This document shows positions 21,391-33,705 of a stretch of DNA of 38,867 bases, piece after piece. Every line of letters begins with the position of its first letter. The first letter of the stretch is position 1. The position numbers and the translations under genes were made by a program. Below the pieces are notes generated by a model. The model was not told the origin of the DNA, made no database searches, and worked only from the letters and a program-made list of their open reading frames with translations. The stretch comes from Psammoneis japonica (Eukaryota). The DNA is taken from the NCBI GenBank assembly GCA_008632985.1, contig QPGO01000166.1:124001-162867 (forward strand), given 5' to 3'.

Positions 21391-22260
21391 TCGTCGACTG
21401 CTGCAAACAAGTGAACTTGTCCAAGTTCAGAATGTTCATTGTCTTTACCTCCTTGCAGACAAAATAGAGCATTCCATTCGTCACGCCAAACCCAATGACA
21501 GGTTTTGTTTTGGGGACGCAATGCCAGATGCTCAATGGTGCCTGCACCATGAAGCATTTGCCACGGGTCTCGGCAGTTTGGCGTCATGGGTGTAAAGCGC
21601 CAAAGAGCCCCACTTTGCGATCTTCTGTCGCGAAGAATCGAGGCAAGGCCTCGTCTCGAACATCACAGGCAAACGATTCAAAAACGCCGACGCTAAAGGA
21701 AGTCCCTTGAGCCCCTCGCCTTCCAAATGGATCCACCTGATGTATGACACCGTAGCCATGCTCTTCACACGAGACCCAAGAATTCCAGGGCGTCGGTCCA
21801 CCGCCTGTTTAAAAAAAAACAAAGGCAAAACAAGCGTTGCGTAGCCGAAAAAAGAAACGTACCACATCTACCACATCATCCACGGGGCCCCACCTGCTGT
21901 CTGTCTGAAGGAACAGATGAAAGATATAATCTGTTGCAAAGCTCTACTAGGAAAGCTACAGTAGCTAATTGCTGGATGTACAGTTATAAGCAAGAGAGAT
22001 ACTTCGTAGCTGCTGTGCCAGTGCCATTCAAATCATTAATTCGTTTCTGCACTGCTGGTAACACCTTAGGTAGACAGCTATGTACCTAGACCCACAGGTA
22101 AGTTAGATGGAAAAAGGAGCACGCAGGCAATGTCAAGAACAAGAACGTCAAGCTATTCGATCTATGGTTTTCGTGTAGGAACTTCGAATGCTTCCAAATT
22201 CGAACTTTGAAACCGCACCTTTCAATTCTTGAAAAGATTCGAAATCGATTCTTGATCGAA

Positions 22261-23366
22261 TCATCGTGTTTTTTTCTGCTGCACGGACTGGATCACTCGT
22301 TTGGCTAGCTTTTTGTACTTCCTTTTCATTTCCTTTGCTGCTAAATGAAAGTCGTTTGTCGGGTCCGAATTGTAAAGTAAGGCGTTTTTCAGCATAAGAT
22401 CAATATCAGCAAAGAAGGCTTGAAGAGTCTGGTATTCCATTCCGTCAACTTTCTTCTGAATTAGGGTGAGATTCATGGGGGTTTCAACAACGTCGAAATA
22501 ATCAGGTGCACCCATAGCGGCACAGTTTTCTCGATCAATGGGGATTCGAAATGGGTTTGTCCCCTGCAAATTATCAAATTCCATGCCCCATAAGACTCGA
22601 AAGATAGGTTCATAGAGTCGGTGCAATGCCTGCCGAGGAGTTTCCACCATGCGAGAAAGCCGCAGTTCCTCTTCTCGTTCAGCCTCCACCTAGCGCGTTC
22701 TTCCTCTTCTCGACGTCTTCGTGCGGACTCTCTTTCTCGTGCTCGCTGAATAGCCCGTTGCCCTTCGATATCGTTTTTTCTGGCAATCTCTTCTTGGCTT
22801 AATCCATACGAAGCCACGGTCCCAGTCTTGGCTTTTGTGGCTTTCTTCTTTGCCTTCTTCTTCTCTCGAGCTAGCAGTCCCAAGGCCATGCCTTCCATCC
22901 TTCGCTTTCGCGCTGCTTCGTCCATGCCATTGCGACGAGGCAAGGATGCCAAAGTCGCAGCCAGCAGAGCTTCCTGTTCATGCTGCTTGTGCTCACGCAA
23001 AGTAAGAGCGGCTCGCAATGCTTCTTCTTCAATCTTTTCTCTTGACGAAACTCGATCCCACGGGTCTCCACCTTGCGTGCTCTGCATAAAACTTTCCACA
23101 CTTTCTCGCAATCTAGCGCCCACGTTCTTGTATAGCTTGTCACGGACCAATTCGGGTTTTCTTTGAGCCACGATACCCTTCATCAGAAAATGTTTGTACG
23201 TTGGTTCGAGAGGTTCTCGACGAGTAAGCTGCTGCAGCGATTCACGGAGTTGTTTCTTCAGCAATTCCTCATCAGGTTCGTTGTTTTTCGAAGCAGATGT
23301 CACGGTCGACTCGACGGCATTATTGTTTGTTGCCTTATCTCCTGCAGGGGTCGGTCCGGAAGACAT
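22261..23366 (-). CDS. Bromodomain protein; one frameshift near 22690
   Basis: NPFRIPID...APDYFDVVETPMNL...DIDLMLKNALLYN; the coiled-coil N-terminal part joins if one G is restored (GCT AGG GTG GAG). Confidence 0.88.
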
Positions 23367-23609
23367 GGTGAAGTACAAATCGGTAAAAGTGTAGGATATA
23401 ATACAAATATAATAAGGCCCTCTCTCAGTTGGCGGTGCACGAGGGACGAGGAACGCATGAATACGCATGTATGCCGCATGTCGCCACAACACCCCTGATT
23501 ACAGACAGACTCTAGAAAGAAATCTGTCAATCAAGCTAACTTGACGACTCTAGCTTGCGCAAGCAAACTCATTAGTCTACGTACTGTACCTGGTAGGCCC
23601 TCTAGCCCA

Positions 23610-24527
23610 TTACTTCTGTTTCTTATCTATGGTAGCCTGACGTTTCTGATCCCATTCATCTAATTCGGCAACAAGTTCAGGATCCATCGTCACCGGTCCG
23701 ATGTTCGAGCCATCATTGTCATTCGAGACGCCGAACTTCTGGATGTTGGCACCTCGGTTGTCATTTTCTTCCAGGCGTCTTGTGATGGCTCTCGTGATAT
23801 CGCCAAATTCATAGTTGTCATTGCTATCCTTGCCGGCAAACTTGAGAATGCTTCGTTTTGTAATGTCTCCCACCTGGTATTTGGCGTCGCCGGTTAGAGC
23901 CTCCTTGAATCGTTGGTCAACAGACACAGACAAAGCCTCCAACAGCCTGCCGCCAACATCCTGCGCCAGAGACACATTCAACATGTCAAGCAGCAGCTTG
24001 GCTGGTAATGCAGAAGCTACGGGACTGATACCGACTCCAAATGAAGCCAACACTCTGCACAAAAGCAGGATGTCTTCTAGCTTGTAGTCGCCGGATCCAA
24101 CCCTTCTCAGAATTTCTTTGCTGACGTCTCCGAATTCGTATTCTTCGTTCCCAGTGAATTTATTCACTCTCTCCTTTATTTTAGAATCGGCAAACCGACT
24201 GAGATCTCCAAATTGGTACTCATCTTTCCCCGTCAAGTCGTTCACCGCGGATTTCGCTCGTTTGTCCAGCCATCTGCTTAGGTCACCAAATTCGTACTCA
24301 TCCTTTCCCGTCAGTTTATTGATAAAAGATTTTGAGAAATCTCCAAATTTGTACTTTTTCGACTCCCGGCCGCTGTCCTTCTTGTTGTGGAGTGTGACCT
24401 GCCCGCGACTTTGGATCGTAGCACGGCTTACAAAACCCCACGTAACGGAGAGACAGAGAGCGCCTAAAACAAGAAGAAATGCCCCACAACAGCCAAATCG
24501 TGCCATTTTCTTGATGCGCCGTGCCAT
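23610..24527 (-). CDS. Probably plastid-targeted protein with tandem GxxxYxFGD[LIV][ST] repeats
   Basis: Signal peptide ending TWG-F; six clear and one degenerate YxFGD repeat. Confidence 0.8.
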   Translation of the reverse strand: MARRIKKMARFGCCGAFLLVLGALCLSVTWGFVSRATIQSRGQVTLHNKKDSGRESKKYKFGDFSKSFINKLTGKDEYEFGDLSRWLDKRAKSAVNDLTGKDEYQFGDLSRFADSKIKERVNKFTGNEEYEFGDVSKEILRRVGSGDYKLEDILLLCRVLASFGVGISPVASALPAKLLLDMLNVSLAQDVGGRLLEALSVSVDQRFKEALTGDAKYQVGDITKRSILKFAGKDSNDNYEFGDITRAITRRLEENDNRGANIQKFGVSNDNDGSNIGPVTMDPELVAELDEWDQKRQATIDKKQK

Positions 24528-24859
24528 GACTCACTGACCACTACAAGGCATCTTGACGGAACAACTACACTACAGCTACTCTAGAGCTACTAATACCGGT
24601 AGAGAATAGAGAGTGGAAAGAGCGGAATACAGCAATTGCAGCAACTCTTATACACTGTGCCGGCAGGGGGCGGCAGGATCTTGACTTCTGACTTCATGAT
24701 GGCTTTCCGGGTTACGAAGAAATCCGTCTTTGTCTCCCCCTTCGTCCCGCCGCCGCTGTTCATGCCGGTGCGGCAGCAGTCCAGCTGCCCCCGACGACGA
24801 CTCGCACAGTCAGTGTGGCCTCACTCTATGGCAAGAGAGCCTGCTGGTAAGACTGTAAG

Positions 24860-27480
24860 CCGGGCATGCGCTTTGGTTGGGATGCCATTCACTCCTTTTT
24901 TCTTTTTTTGTTTGTGCAAAACTGTCCAACACACAACTGCTGCAAAAGTGCTTCAAACCACAGAGCATGTTGAGCCACAGCATGGTTGGTGCAAACTGAC
25001 AGACAGCAGAGCCCCCCGACCAGTTTCTGCCACTTTTCAGCTCAGTCAAGAGTCACACACAAACATTGAGAGGTTGTGGGGCTTGGGACTTTGGGCACAC
25101 TGGGGTGTGGTGTGTGTGTGGCTGTGTTGCGGGGGGTGGGGGGGGGGGGGGTCTTTTTTTCCCAGCAAATGCGCCGCGTGGGGACACTCTGCACACAATT
25201 GCAAGACACTCAGCTCCTGCTCAAGGGCACTTTTGCAATGCACTTGCAACACACAGATCTCATGTGCCCTCTTTCATAAAAAAAAATGCCCCATTGTGTC
25301 CAAAGGCCTGGCTGGCGGGCAGTGAAGAAAGAGATGGCTGCTTTTGAAAATGAGGTGGGATGTCATCCAACAATGCCGGTGGCACTGAAAAGACAAAAGC
25401 AAAAAGAGATTAAAATGTTTTTGTTTTGCGTCATTGGAGCAAGACAATCTCTCTTTGAAAAATGGCATTTGACAGCACCACTTCCCGGGCTGTTTGTGTG
25501 CTCAAATTTGGGCACTGCTTCAGCTGATGTGCTCTGGGGGCAACCCTCAGCCACCAAACACAGTCATTTGCCTTTTTGAATGTGAAAATGAGATTCAATG
25601 CCACCCCCATGCAAGAGACTCACATGATCTGCAATGCTGTGCTGCAGCTCTTTCCACAAATGTGGTGCCGCACAAAGTGCCAGCTCTTTGAAGCAACAAA
25701 GTCGCGCAAAGTTTTTTGACTTTGAAACTTTGAGAAGTCAGTGCAGGACCTTTGACTCTCCCACTTTTTTTGTCAATTTCAACCCACAGTGCATTGTTGA
25801 TTGTTCAAGGACAATTTGGCCACAAAGCTGCAATCCATGTGTCGCCACAAACTCCCAATTGAAAGCAACAGGGTTACAAAGAAATGGCACACAAGTGTTG
25901 GTCTTTTTGCTGCAAAGCACCCCCAAGTGGGTGCAACTTCCACTCAAAAGAAAAACATGGCAACACCACTGTCAGTGTGTGGTCTGAGAGAGATGGAAGC
26001 TGTGAATTCTCACAAGGAGAAAATTGACCAGATGAGAGACTGGAAGCATGCCCCCTCCAAGGGGTTTGGTGTTCAACCAGTGGGGGAAACCAGGTTGTTA
26101 AAGAAGATGACATGAGATGATGTAAAAAAGAGGCAGGAAACACTGGCCAAAAAAAGGGTCAGTTTTGGCCAGTGTGAGGCAAAACACCGCCACTCAACAT
26201 TTGGCAGAGTGGGGGCTCATTTTAGTTTTTGACTGGAAGCACCCTTCAAATGTGTGCCATTTTTTTCATTTCAGGTCATTTCCTTCTGACAAGAGCATGC
26301 CGGTCATTTGTCTTTTGCTCACTTCACATCATGTGGTCTGTGAGCAAAAACATGCCACAAATGATTGCAAGCATCCACAGCAGAAATTTTTCAAATTTTT
26401 GACAGGGAGTTTTGCACACCACTCACATTTTGAAATGTGGGGTTGAGTGCAGAGCTCATGATGCATTCATTTTCTGGTCCTTGGGCCCAAACTTCAACAC
26501 CATGTGCTGACAACAAGGTTTCATAAATTGTCCCCCCCCCCCAAAAAAGGCTGTTGAGTCTCACATCGCAATCCTGGACAATCTCTCCCTTGCTTTCTGG
26601 CACATCAAGCTCCCCCCTGCTCTGCATGTGGTCATCTTTCTGCTGCTGTCACATTGCTTGGAGGTGTGAGAAATTGGGTCGTTTTTGACAAATGCCAAAG
26701 TCTGTGGTTTGGCAGCTGTGCTCCTGTCTCACATTTTTTGCACTGCTCCTCTTGAACCACAAGTTCTGAGTGCTGCAGCTTTTGTTTGCTGTTGTGGCAT
26801 GGCAGCTGTGGCTTCAGTCCAAAAGAAAGCAACAAACCTGCCACTTCAATGTGCTGTCTCATCATTCCGATGGCTCCAGAGAGCCAGAAACACTCACCTG
26901 CTCTGCTCTCTGCTGCTTGAGTTGACAAAGAACATTTTTTTCCTCCCCAGCATTGGGCCCCTCCTGTTGTGCAGAACAGCTGTGTTTTCCACCTGTCTTT
27001 TCCTCTTGTCCAGGCAGCTGGCCTGCAAAAACTTGTTCGCTGCCACTGCACAAACAAAGATGGCTCTGCTGAGTGTGGCGCGGCGCCACCTGGCCAACAC
27101 CACAGCCACAAGAAGCATGGGCAATGACTGGAGCACAAGATTTTGAATGTGCAGATGGCAACCATGCAAAATGCAATGTTGCACCTTCTCATTTGTTAGC
27201 TGCCAATGCAGCCGTCAGGTTGGCAGAAGAAGAAGCACAATCTGGGAGACATGGCGGCAAAAACGATGCTGATTGAATGCTCTCTCTTCCAGAGAGCTGC
27301 TCTGGTCTCAAGTGCAAGTCAGTTGCAGACATTTATTTTCTTCAGTTGTCATTTAAAAATTTGACAGCAACACATTTTTGTGTGTGGAAAGACTGGTCAC
27401 AACAATCTTCTGCTGGTGCATTGTCATTCGTTCCCCGGTGCCGGTGCCGCAGACACTGCCACACAAGCAAGTGTGCGATC
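24860..27480. other. TpA/CpG-depleted hypermutated island 3
   Basis: About 8 TA in 24860-27330, all in TTA or TAA context; TG/CA excess. Confidence 0.85.
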
Positions 27481-27487
27481 GACTTAT

Positions 27488-27693
27488 TCACCCCTGACCA
27501 GAAATGAACTTGCTGCATTTCATTATTTTGTAGGTACACTTATGTTCATGTGTAATATATATAATATAAAACGTAGATTTTCAGCATAAAGGAAAAAATA
27601 TATAACATTATGTACTGAATATGACATATTATATCTGATTGATAGTAGTTAGTGGGGTTTGGGGTTCAATAACATCTCACTGGTCAGGGGTGA
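27488..27693. mobile_element. 206-bp AT-rich element bounded by 14-bp perfect inverted repeats (MITE-like)
   Basis: TCACCCCTGACCAG (27488-27501) and CTGGTCAGGGGTGA (27680-27693); no clear target-site duplication. Confidence 0.5.
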
Positions 27694-27792
27694 CATCCCA
27701 ATCTGGAATCAATCTTCGAATCATCAACTAGGGTCTAAACATAAACATTCACCTCTCATGTCGGAGTTATCGTAGTTGCCGTCCTTGTTGCG

Positions 27793-29271
27793 ATGACGAA
27801 AGCCCTCGTAATTCGACGGCTGTACAGGTCTCTTCTTCAATCTTCAAAGCTTTTCACGTACCCCTCTAGAGATGCTGCAGTTTTGTCTTGTCTCTTACAT
27901 CGTACAGGGATGGATGACGGTGTGAAGGACTGGAACGCACTTGTTGCGCCGTATCGTCGAGAAAAGTCAAAGGAGCGAACAGAAGATGATGACAACCCGT
28001 TGCCCCGGGCTCTTGCTCGGGATTTATCGAGAAGTTACGCAGAATTAAAAGAAGAATTCAACTTGCAAGAATCATGGAAACATTCCATGGCACCAGATGA
28101 TGAAAGTCGCACACCGCATCGCATCCTGTTTCGACGATTGCTACGAGAAGTCGTCGCCGGAAGTCCTGATGGCACAACTCAAATGCCACACCCTTCCTCT
28201 ATCGATACCAAGCAATTGCGCAAAATTATCCGTCGTGAGTTTCGTTCAGAGAAGGATTCAATCTCTAGGACTTTTGATGAGTCCGTTCGTCACCAAGTGG
28301 CCTTTGATGCTCTGAGAGCTTTGAATCAAAAGCTAGCTTGGGCTGAGTCTTTGGGCTTTTCTACGACCGAGGACGTGAGTGTGAGAGAATTAAGAAATGA
28401 CCGTCAAAAGGCTAAGGGCGTTAGGGCACTTCCATTGGAGCCTCCGTCTTCCTATTTGCAACCCGGTTGTTATCTTGTTGCGCATCCACTCCTATCGGGC
28501 TTCTTCAGTCGGACAGTGATTTGTTTACTCGAACACACTGATGTGAAGGAAGAGGGGGGACGTATGGCATAGTTGTGAATAGAGTTGGGGTGAGTCCCAT
28601 AAGTGGTCGAGATTGTACCCTGAGGGACGTAGTTCGCGCTGATTCATTTCCCAGACAGCTCGTGAAAGCTTTTGGTGACAGTTCAGTACGCGAGGGAGGT
28701 CCTGTCCACATGTCGCTGCAAATGATGCATGCCTGCACGTCAGAACAAGAAAAACCGCTTGGCGTTGGCGGCACTGCATTGCCCACAGCAGCCAGTCCAG
28801 TTCGAGATGCGGAAACAGAGCGTTCCATCTACTTTCAAGGGGATATCGCACGAGCGGCAGAAGTCGTAGTGAACGGCGAGATGGATCGAGGTATGTGTGC
28901 CTGACGGCTTGTTCTCTTTGGTATCATTTGCGATCTATTACCCTGCTCATACCACGTGGACATTATCCGATAAAGATGATGTGTCATTCTATGTTGGTGC
29001 CAGTTGTTGGGAGATAAATCAGCTCGAGAGTGAAATAAAGAGAGGCTTCTGGTTCCCTTGCACAGGACCTCCTGAAATTGCTTTGACTGGCGTATGCAGG
29101 CACGAAGTTCCAGACCTGGGAGAAGGTGGCAGCAATGTAGATCTCCCAAAATCGGACTTGTGGCTTTCCATGATTTGCGCACTCGGACAGAACGATGCGA
29201 CTCTGGCCCATTTACTGTTCGAAGCAGACATGTATGACGACGAGAACGGCGGACCGTGTGATCTACTGTAG
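27793..29271 (+). CDS. DUF179/AlgH/YqgE-domain protein; frameshift in the G-run near 28555; intron 28891-28975
   Basis: LVAHPLLSGFFSRTVICLLEH, (GTYGIVV)N, GGPV, FYVGASCW..QLESEIKRGFW are DUF179 hallmarks. Confidence 0.85.
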
Positions 29272-29554
29272 TTTTCATTGTCGTAGCTTGTAGTTATGTT
29301 GCATCCATCGTTATCTGTGTTGTGACCCTCGGGATAGCCCGCTAACGACACACTTAAGACGTTTCCGCGTCTGGTCCTTCGTATGGATCGCAACGAAATA
29401 CGACAGTGCTGCGAATGCCCGATGCTGGTGCATTATCTAAAACGTTCCTGAAGGCGAAAATAGGATTGCCATTGCCACCCTATCCCGTATTGGTGAAGAT
29501 TAAGTACATGGTGGACCGTGACCCACCTTGTGCGGGTACTTTGCAATCTCGAGA

Positions 29555-31298
29555 CTCAATGCCAATGTACCGTCGCTACTGAGTGCCTCCTTTCATGTTG
29601 TCCATGCATGCGTACACATTTTCTGATAAAGCGTACGAACAATATTTAGATGCTGAGTGAAGAATGGTGAATACGAATAAGTCAAGTACAGTGGAAAGGA
29701 AAGGAAAGAAAATACGGTCCATTCAAGATTCAAAAAACATACCTTGATGAGACAAACTCCAGCTTCAAGAAAGAGCTTTGCAACCCGCAAAGTTAGCGAA
29801 GCCTCAAGTAACTGTCAGGTCGCCAGTCGCGTTGTCTCCAGAGTAGTTGTTACGTGAACATCCCTATAACGGTTCCAACTGAGAATCCGAATGCAGCAAT
29901 CTTCTCAATGCCAATGTACCGTCGCTACTGAGTGCCTCCTTTCATGTTGTCCATGCATGCGTACACATTCTGATAAAGCGTACAATCGATTTTAGATGCT
30001 GAGTGAAAAATGGTGAATACGAGTAAGTGAAGTACAGTGGAAAGGAAAGGAAAGGAAATACGGTCCATTCAAGATTCAAAAAACATACCTTGATGAGACA
30101 AACTCCAGCGTCAAGAGAGAGCTTTGCAACTCGCAAAGTTAGCGAAGCCTCAAGTAACTGTCAGGTCGCCAGTCACGTTGTCTCTAGAGTAGCACGTTGT
30201 CTCTAGAGTAGTTGTTACGTGAACATCCCTATAACGGTTCCAACTGAGAATCCGAATGCAGCTATCTTCCTCAATGCCAATGTTCCGTCGCTGCTGAGTG
30301 CCTCCTTTCATGTTGTCCATGCATGCGTACACATTCTGATAAAGCGTACGAACGATTTTAGATGCTGAGTGAAAAATGGTGAATGCGGTAAGTGAAGTAC
30401 AGTGGAAAGGAAAGGAAAGAAAATACGGTCCATTCGAGATTCAAAAAACATACCTTGATGAGACAAACTCCAGCGTCAAGAGAGAGCTTTGCAACCCGCA
30501 AAGTTAGCGAAGCCTCAAGTAACAGTCAGGTCGCCAGTCACGTTGTCTCTAGAGTAGTTGTTACGTGAACATCCCTATAACGGTTCCAACTGAGAATCCG
30601 AATGCAGCTATCTTCCTCAATGCCAATGTTCCGTCGCTGCTGAGTGCCTCCTTTCATGTTGTCCATGCATGCGTACACATTCTGATAAAGCGTACGAACA
30701 ATATTTAGATGCTGAGTGAAGAATGGTGAATACGAATAAGTCAAGTACAGTGGAAAGGAAAGGAAAGAAAATACGGTCCATTCAAGATTCAAAAAACATA
30801 CCTTGATGAGACAAACTCAAGCTTCAAGAAAGAGCTTTGCAACCCGCAAAGTTAGCGAAGCCTCAAGTAACTGCGCCATCCACGTTGTCTCCATAGTAGT
30901 TGTTACGTGAACATCCATATAACGGTTCCAACTCAGAATCCGTATGCGGCTATCTTCTCAATGCCAATGTACCGTCGCTACTGAGTGCCTCCTTTCATGT
31001 TGTTCATGCATGCGTCCACATTCTGATAAAGCGTATGAACGATAGTTAGATGCTGAGTGAAGAATGGTGAATAATACGAGTAAGTGACGTACATAAGGAA
31101 AGGAAAGAAAATACGGTCCACTCAAGATTCAAAAAACAACCTTGATGAGACAAACTCCAGCGTCAAGAAAGAGCTTTGCAACCCGCAAAGTTAGCGAAGC
31201 CTCAAGTAACTGCGCCAGTCACGTTGTCTCCAGAGTAGTTGTTACGTAAACATCCCTATAACGGTTCCAACTGAGAATCCGAATGCAGCTATCTTCTC
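29555..31298. repeat. Tandem array of five ~341-366-bp units containing the 3' coding end and downstream region of the gene at 31242-32240
   Basis: Units start at 29555, 29904, 30270, 30616 and 30957; the last unit runs into the CDS. Confidence 0.95.
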
Positions 31299-32240
31299 CT
31301 CGTCTACAGCAGCTTCATAAAGACTCTCGAGCCACTCAAAGTTCATTTTCCCTCTTGCCCGTTTATGAAATCGAGCAAACGCTTTGAACATTTCCGAACT
31401 ACTATCGCGCTGGTCATCTATCCAATCCAGTATCGTTTCACCCTGCTCTCCAATTAATCCAAGAAAACTCAACGTTTCCAAGACAAAGAAACTCAACAAG
31501 ACGGATCTCACCATGAAGGTGGTGAGCTGAATTATCGACTGACCAAACACAGCTCCAGCGGATACGCTTATCGCAAATTTGCTCTTGCCACCAAATTTCT
31601 TGAATAAACGCAAGGAATCCATGCTTCGATTGATCAAAAACGAAGAGGTCTTTTGCAGCACCCGTTCTTGCGTGCCTCCCCCAAACCTCTCGGAGCTGCG
31701 CATTACAGAAATGATTCCCTTTCCTCTTCCGCTACCAAACACACCAAGTCGAGCTAACAGATCGGTAGAAACGAATACCACTCCAACGACTGTGAGAGCT
31801 CTCACCGAATGTCGTTTACCGAACGAAGCTAGTTTTCCGAGCAGTTCGTCTAGGATCTCGTAGCGATTGCAATAGAATTCCCATGCCATTTCAAAGGGTT
31901 CAAGCGGGTCCCAAAAATCCAGCACGTTTCGGCGAACAAGCGAGCGACGGGCTACTGTCGTGGTAGCGAGTATAGATCTGTGCAAGGGAAATCTTCTCTT
32001 CAACAACGAATTGGCATTGAGCAACACTCCTACAGGAGCTTCATGATGGTGCCGCAAAGTTGATGACGCGAAGGAAGCTCTCCCAAGATCCGCAAGAGAT
32101 AGGACGGATTGCTCGCCAGTACTTTCAAAGGAAATAGAAATGGCATCAAGGCCGTCCAGGCCATTATCCTCGTAAATCTGGAACACGGTTGCGTCGTCAT
32201 TGCCTCTCTTGTCTATCTCACGCACCATCGAGCACATCAT
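31242..32240 (-). CDS. Membrane protein with a FUN14-like C-terminal region; start uncertain
   Basis: 332-aa ORF; ISVSAGAVFG...FFVLETLSFLGLI...AFGFSVGTVIG resembles the FUN14 helix pattern. Confidence 0.55.
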   Translation of the reverse strand: MMCSMVREIDKRGNDDATVFQIYEDNGLDGLDAISISFESTGEQSVLSLADLGRASFASSTLRHHHEAPVGVLLNANSLLKRRFPLHRSILATTTVARRSLVRRNVLDFWDPLEPFEMAWEFYCNRYEILDELLGKLASFGKRHSVRALTVVGVVFVSTDLLARLGVFGSGRGKGIISVMRSSERFGGGTQERVLQKTSSFLINRSMDSLRLFKKFGGKSKFAISVSAGAVFGQSIIQLTTFMVRSVLLSFFVLETLSFLGLIGEQGETILDWIDDQRDSSSEMFKAFARFHKRARGKMNFEWLESLYEAAVDEEKIAAFGFSVGTVIGMFT

Positions 32241-32500
32241 ACATCATTGAGGATCTATCTCTGGAATCTGGAATCTGTTGCTCGCATTGGCTGTAGGCTG
32301 CGTATCGTCGCACGAAAAACTGCGCCATACTAATGCAACGTACTTGATACTTACGAAATCTATGGTAAAGATCAACGTATGTACTTTACTGATGTAGATT
32401 CTACGGTGACTTCTGCATTCAAACGCCACCGCCTCCGCAGAAGACCGAAAAGCAACGCGGCGGTCATTGCGGTGTCGATCTCCAAAGTCCGCAAGTCACC

Positions 32501-33455
32501 ATGAGCATGAACATCTTTCGCCTTTGCGGCGACATGTCACATGTCTTCAGTATCATTGTACTGTTACTTCGGCTTCGAGTTGCGAAAAACGCGCAGGGTA
32601 AGAAACAGAAACAGTGTTCGTCATATCACCAATTAGTCCAATGTGCTGTCGGGTTCTGCAGCTGTTGATGATTTGGTACTACTCTCCATTTCGGATTCAC
32701 TCTCTCACTTGCTATCCCACGTTTCATTTCGTCATACTATACTCTAGGTATTTCGGTTCGGACTCATGAGCTGTTCCTCTTGGTTTTTGTGACTCGCTAC
32801 TTGGATCTGTTTACGACGTACTACTCTCTGTACAACTCGTGCATGAAAATACTTTACATTGGATCCACCGCCAGCATCATTTACGCTATTAAATTCATGG
32901 AACCCATCTGCTCAACGTATGATAAGGCTCAGGATACATTCTTGCACTGGAAGTTTGCTGCTGCTCCTTGTGCGGTTATTGCCCTTATTACACATCTCAT
33001 TGGCAGCGGCTTCAAGGGCTTCGACGTTATGGAATTGTTGTGGACGTTTTCCATTTATCTCGAGTCAATTGCTATTCTTCCGCAATTGATTGTCCTTCAG
33101 CGTTATCGCGAGGTGGAAAACCTTACAGGGAACTACATATTCTTTATGGGCGCGTATCGGGCTCTTTACATTCTCAATTGGATCTACCGAGCACACACGG
33201 AACCCCATTACAGGCACCACTTTGTTGTGTACTTTTGTGGTGTGTTGCAGACGCTGCTATATGTTGACTTCTTTTACTACTACGTCAAGAGGTAAGTGTT
33301 GACTTTTCTTTCTGATAGGTCGTGCCCGGTCTGATTACAGTACGATGAAAATCTTGTTTTTTAACCGACCGTTGATGTTTTGCTCCGTCTCTTCGTTCTT
33401 TCACAGCAAAGCAAAGGGTGGAAAATTCAGCTTGCCGACCGCTGGTACAAATTGA
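32501..33455 (+). CDS. ERD2: ER lumen protein-retaining (KDEL/HDEL) receptor; introns 32598-32747 and 33292-33406
   Basis: MNIFRLCGDMSH, GIS.RTHEL, RYLDLF, WTFSIYLESIAILPQL, YRALYILNWIYR, QTLLYVDFFYYY. Confidence 0.97.
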
Positions 33456-33705
33456 AACAGTCGAAACGCGTAACTGTAACATCATATCTAGAATGGGAAT
33501 TCGATAGAAGCTCGTCACCACAAGCTAGTGTACGCTAATTGATTCTATCCAGTTGCGTTGTGCATCTTCTTGAACGCCTTTCTATGTCATTAATTGAACT
33601 ACATTCATAACCATGCGGTACAATCAGCGCGAGAATAAAGTAGCGGTAGACGTTCCTTTTCGAAGCGGAAAAGCCAATTTGGCTGAAGCCAGCATTGGAC
33701 TAGGT

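Noticed and set aside
22680..22700. Programmed frameshifting in the bromodomain gene, and likewise at about 28555 in the DUF179 gene
   Set aside because: Each is fixed by restoring one G in a G-run, which is typical of long-read consensus error; no slippery heptamer with a downstream structure is evident.
29555..31298. Possible CRISPR-like or ncRNA array, and the repeated 60-84-aa ORFs within it
   Set aside because: No unique spacers; units are whole duplications of a gene's 3' end, and the small ORFs are not kept across copies.
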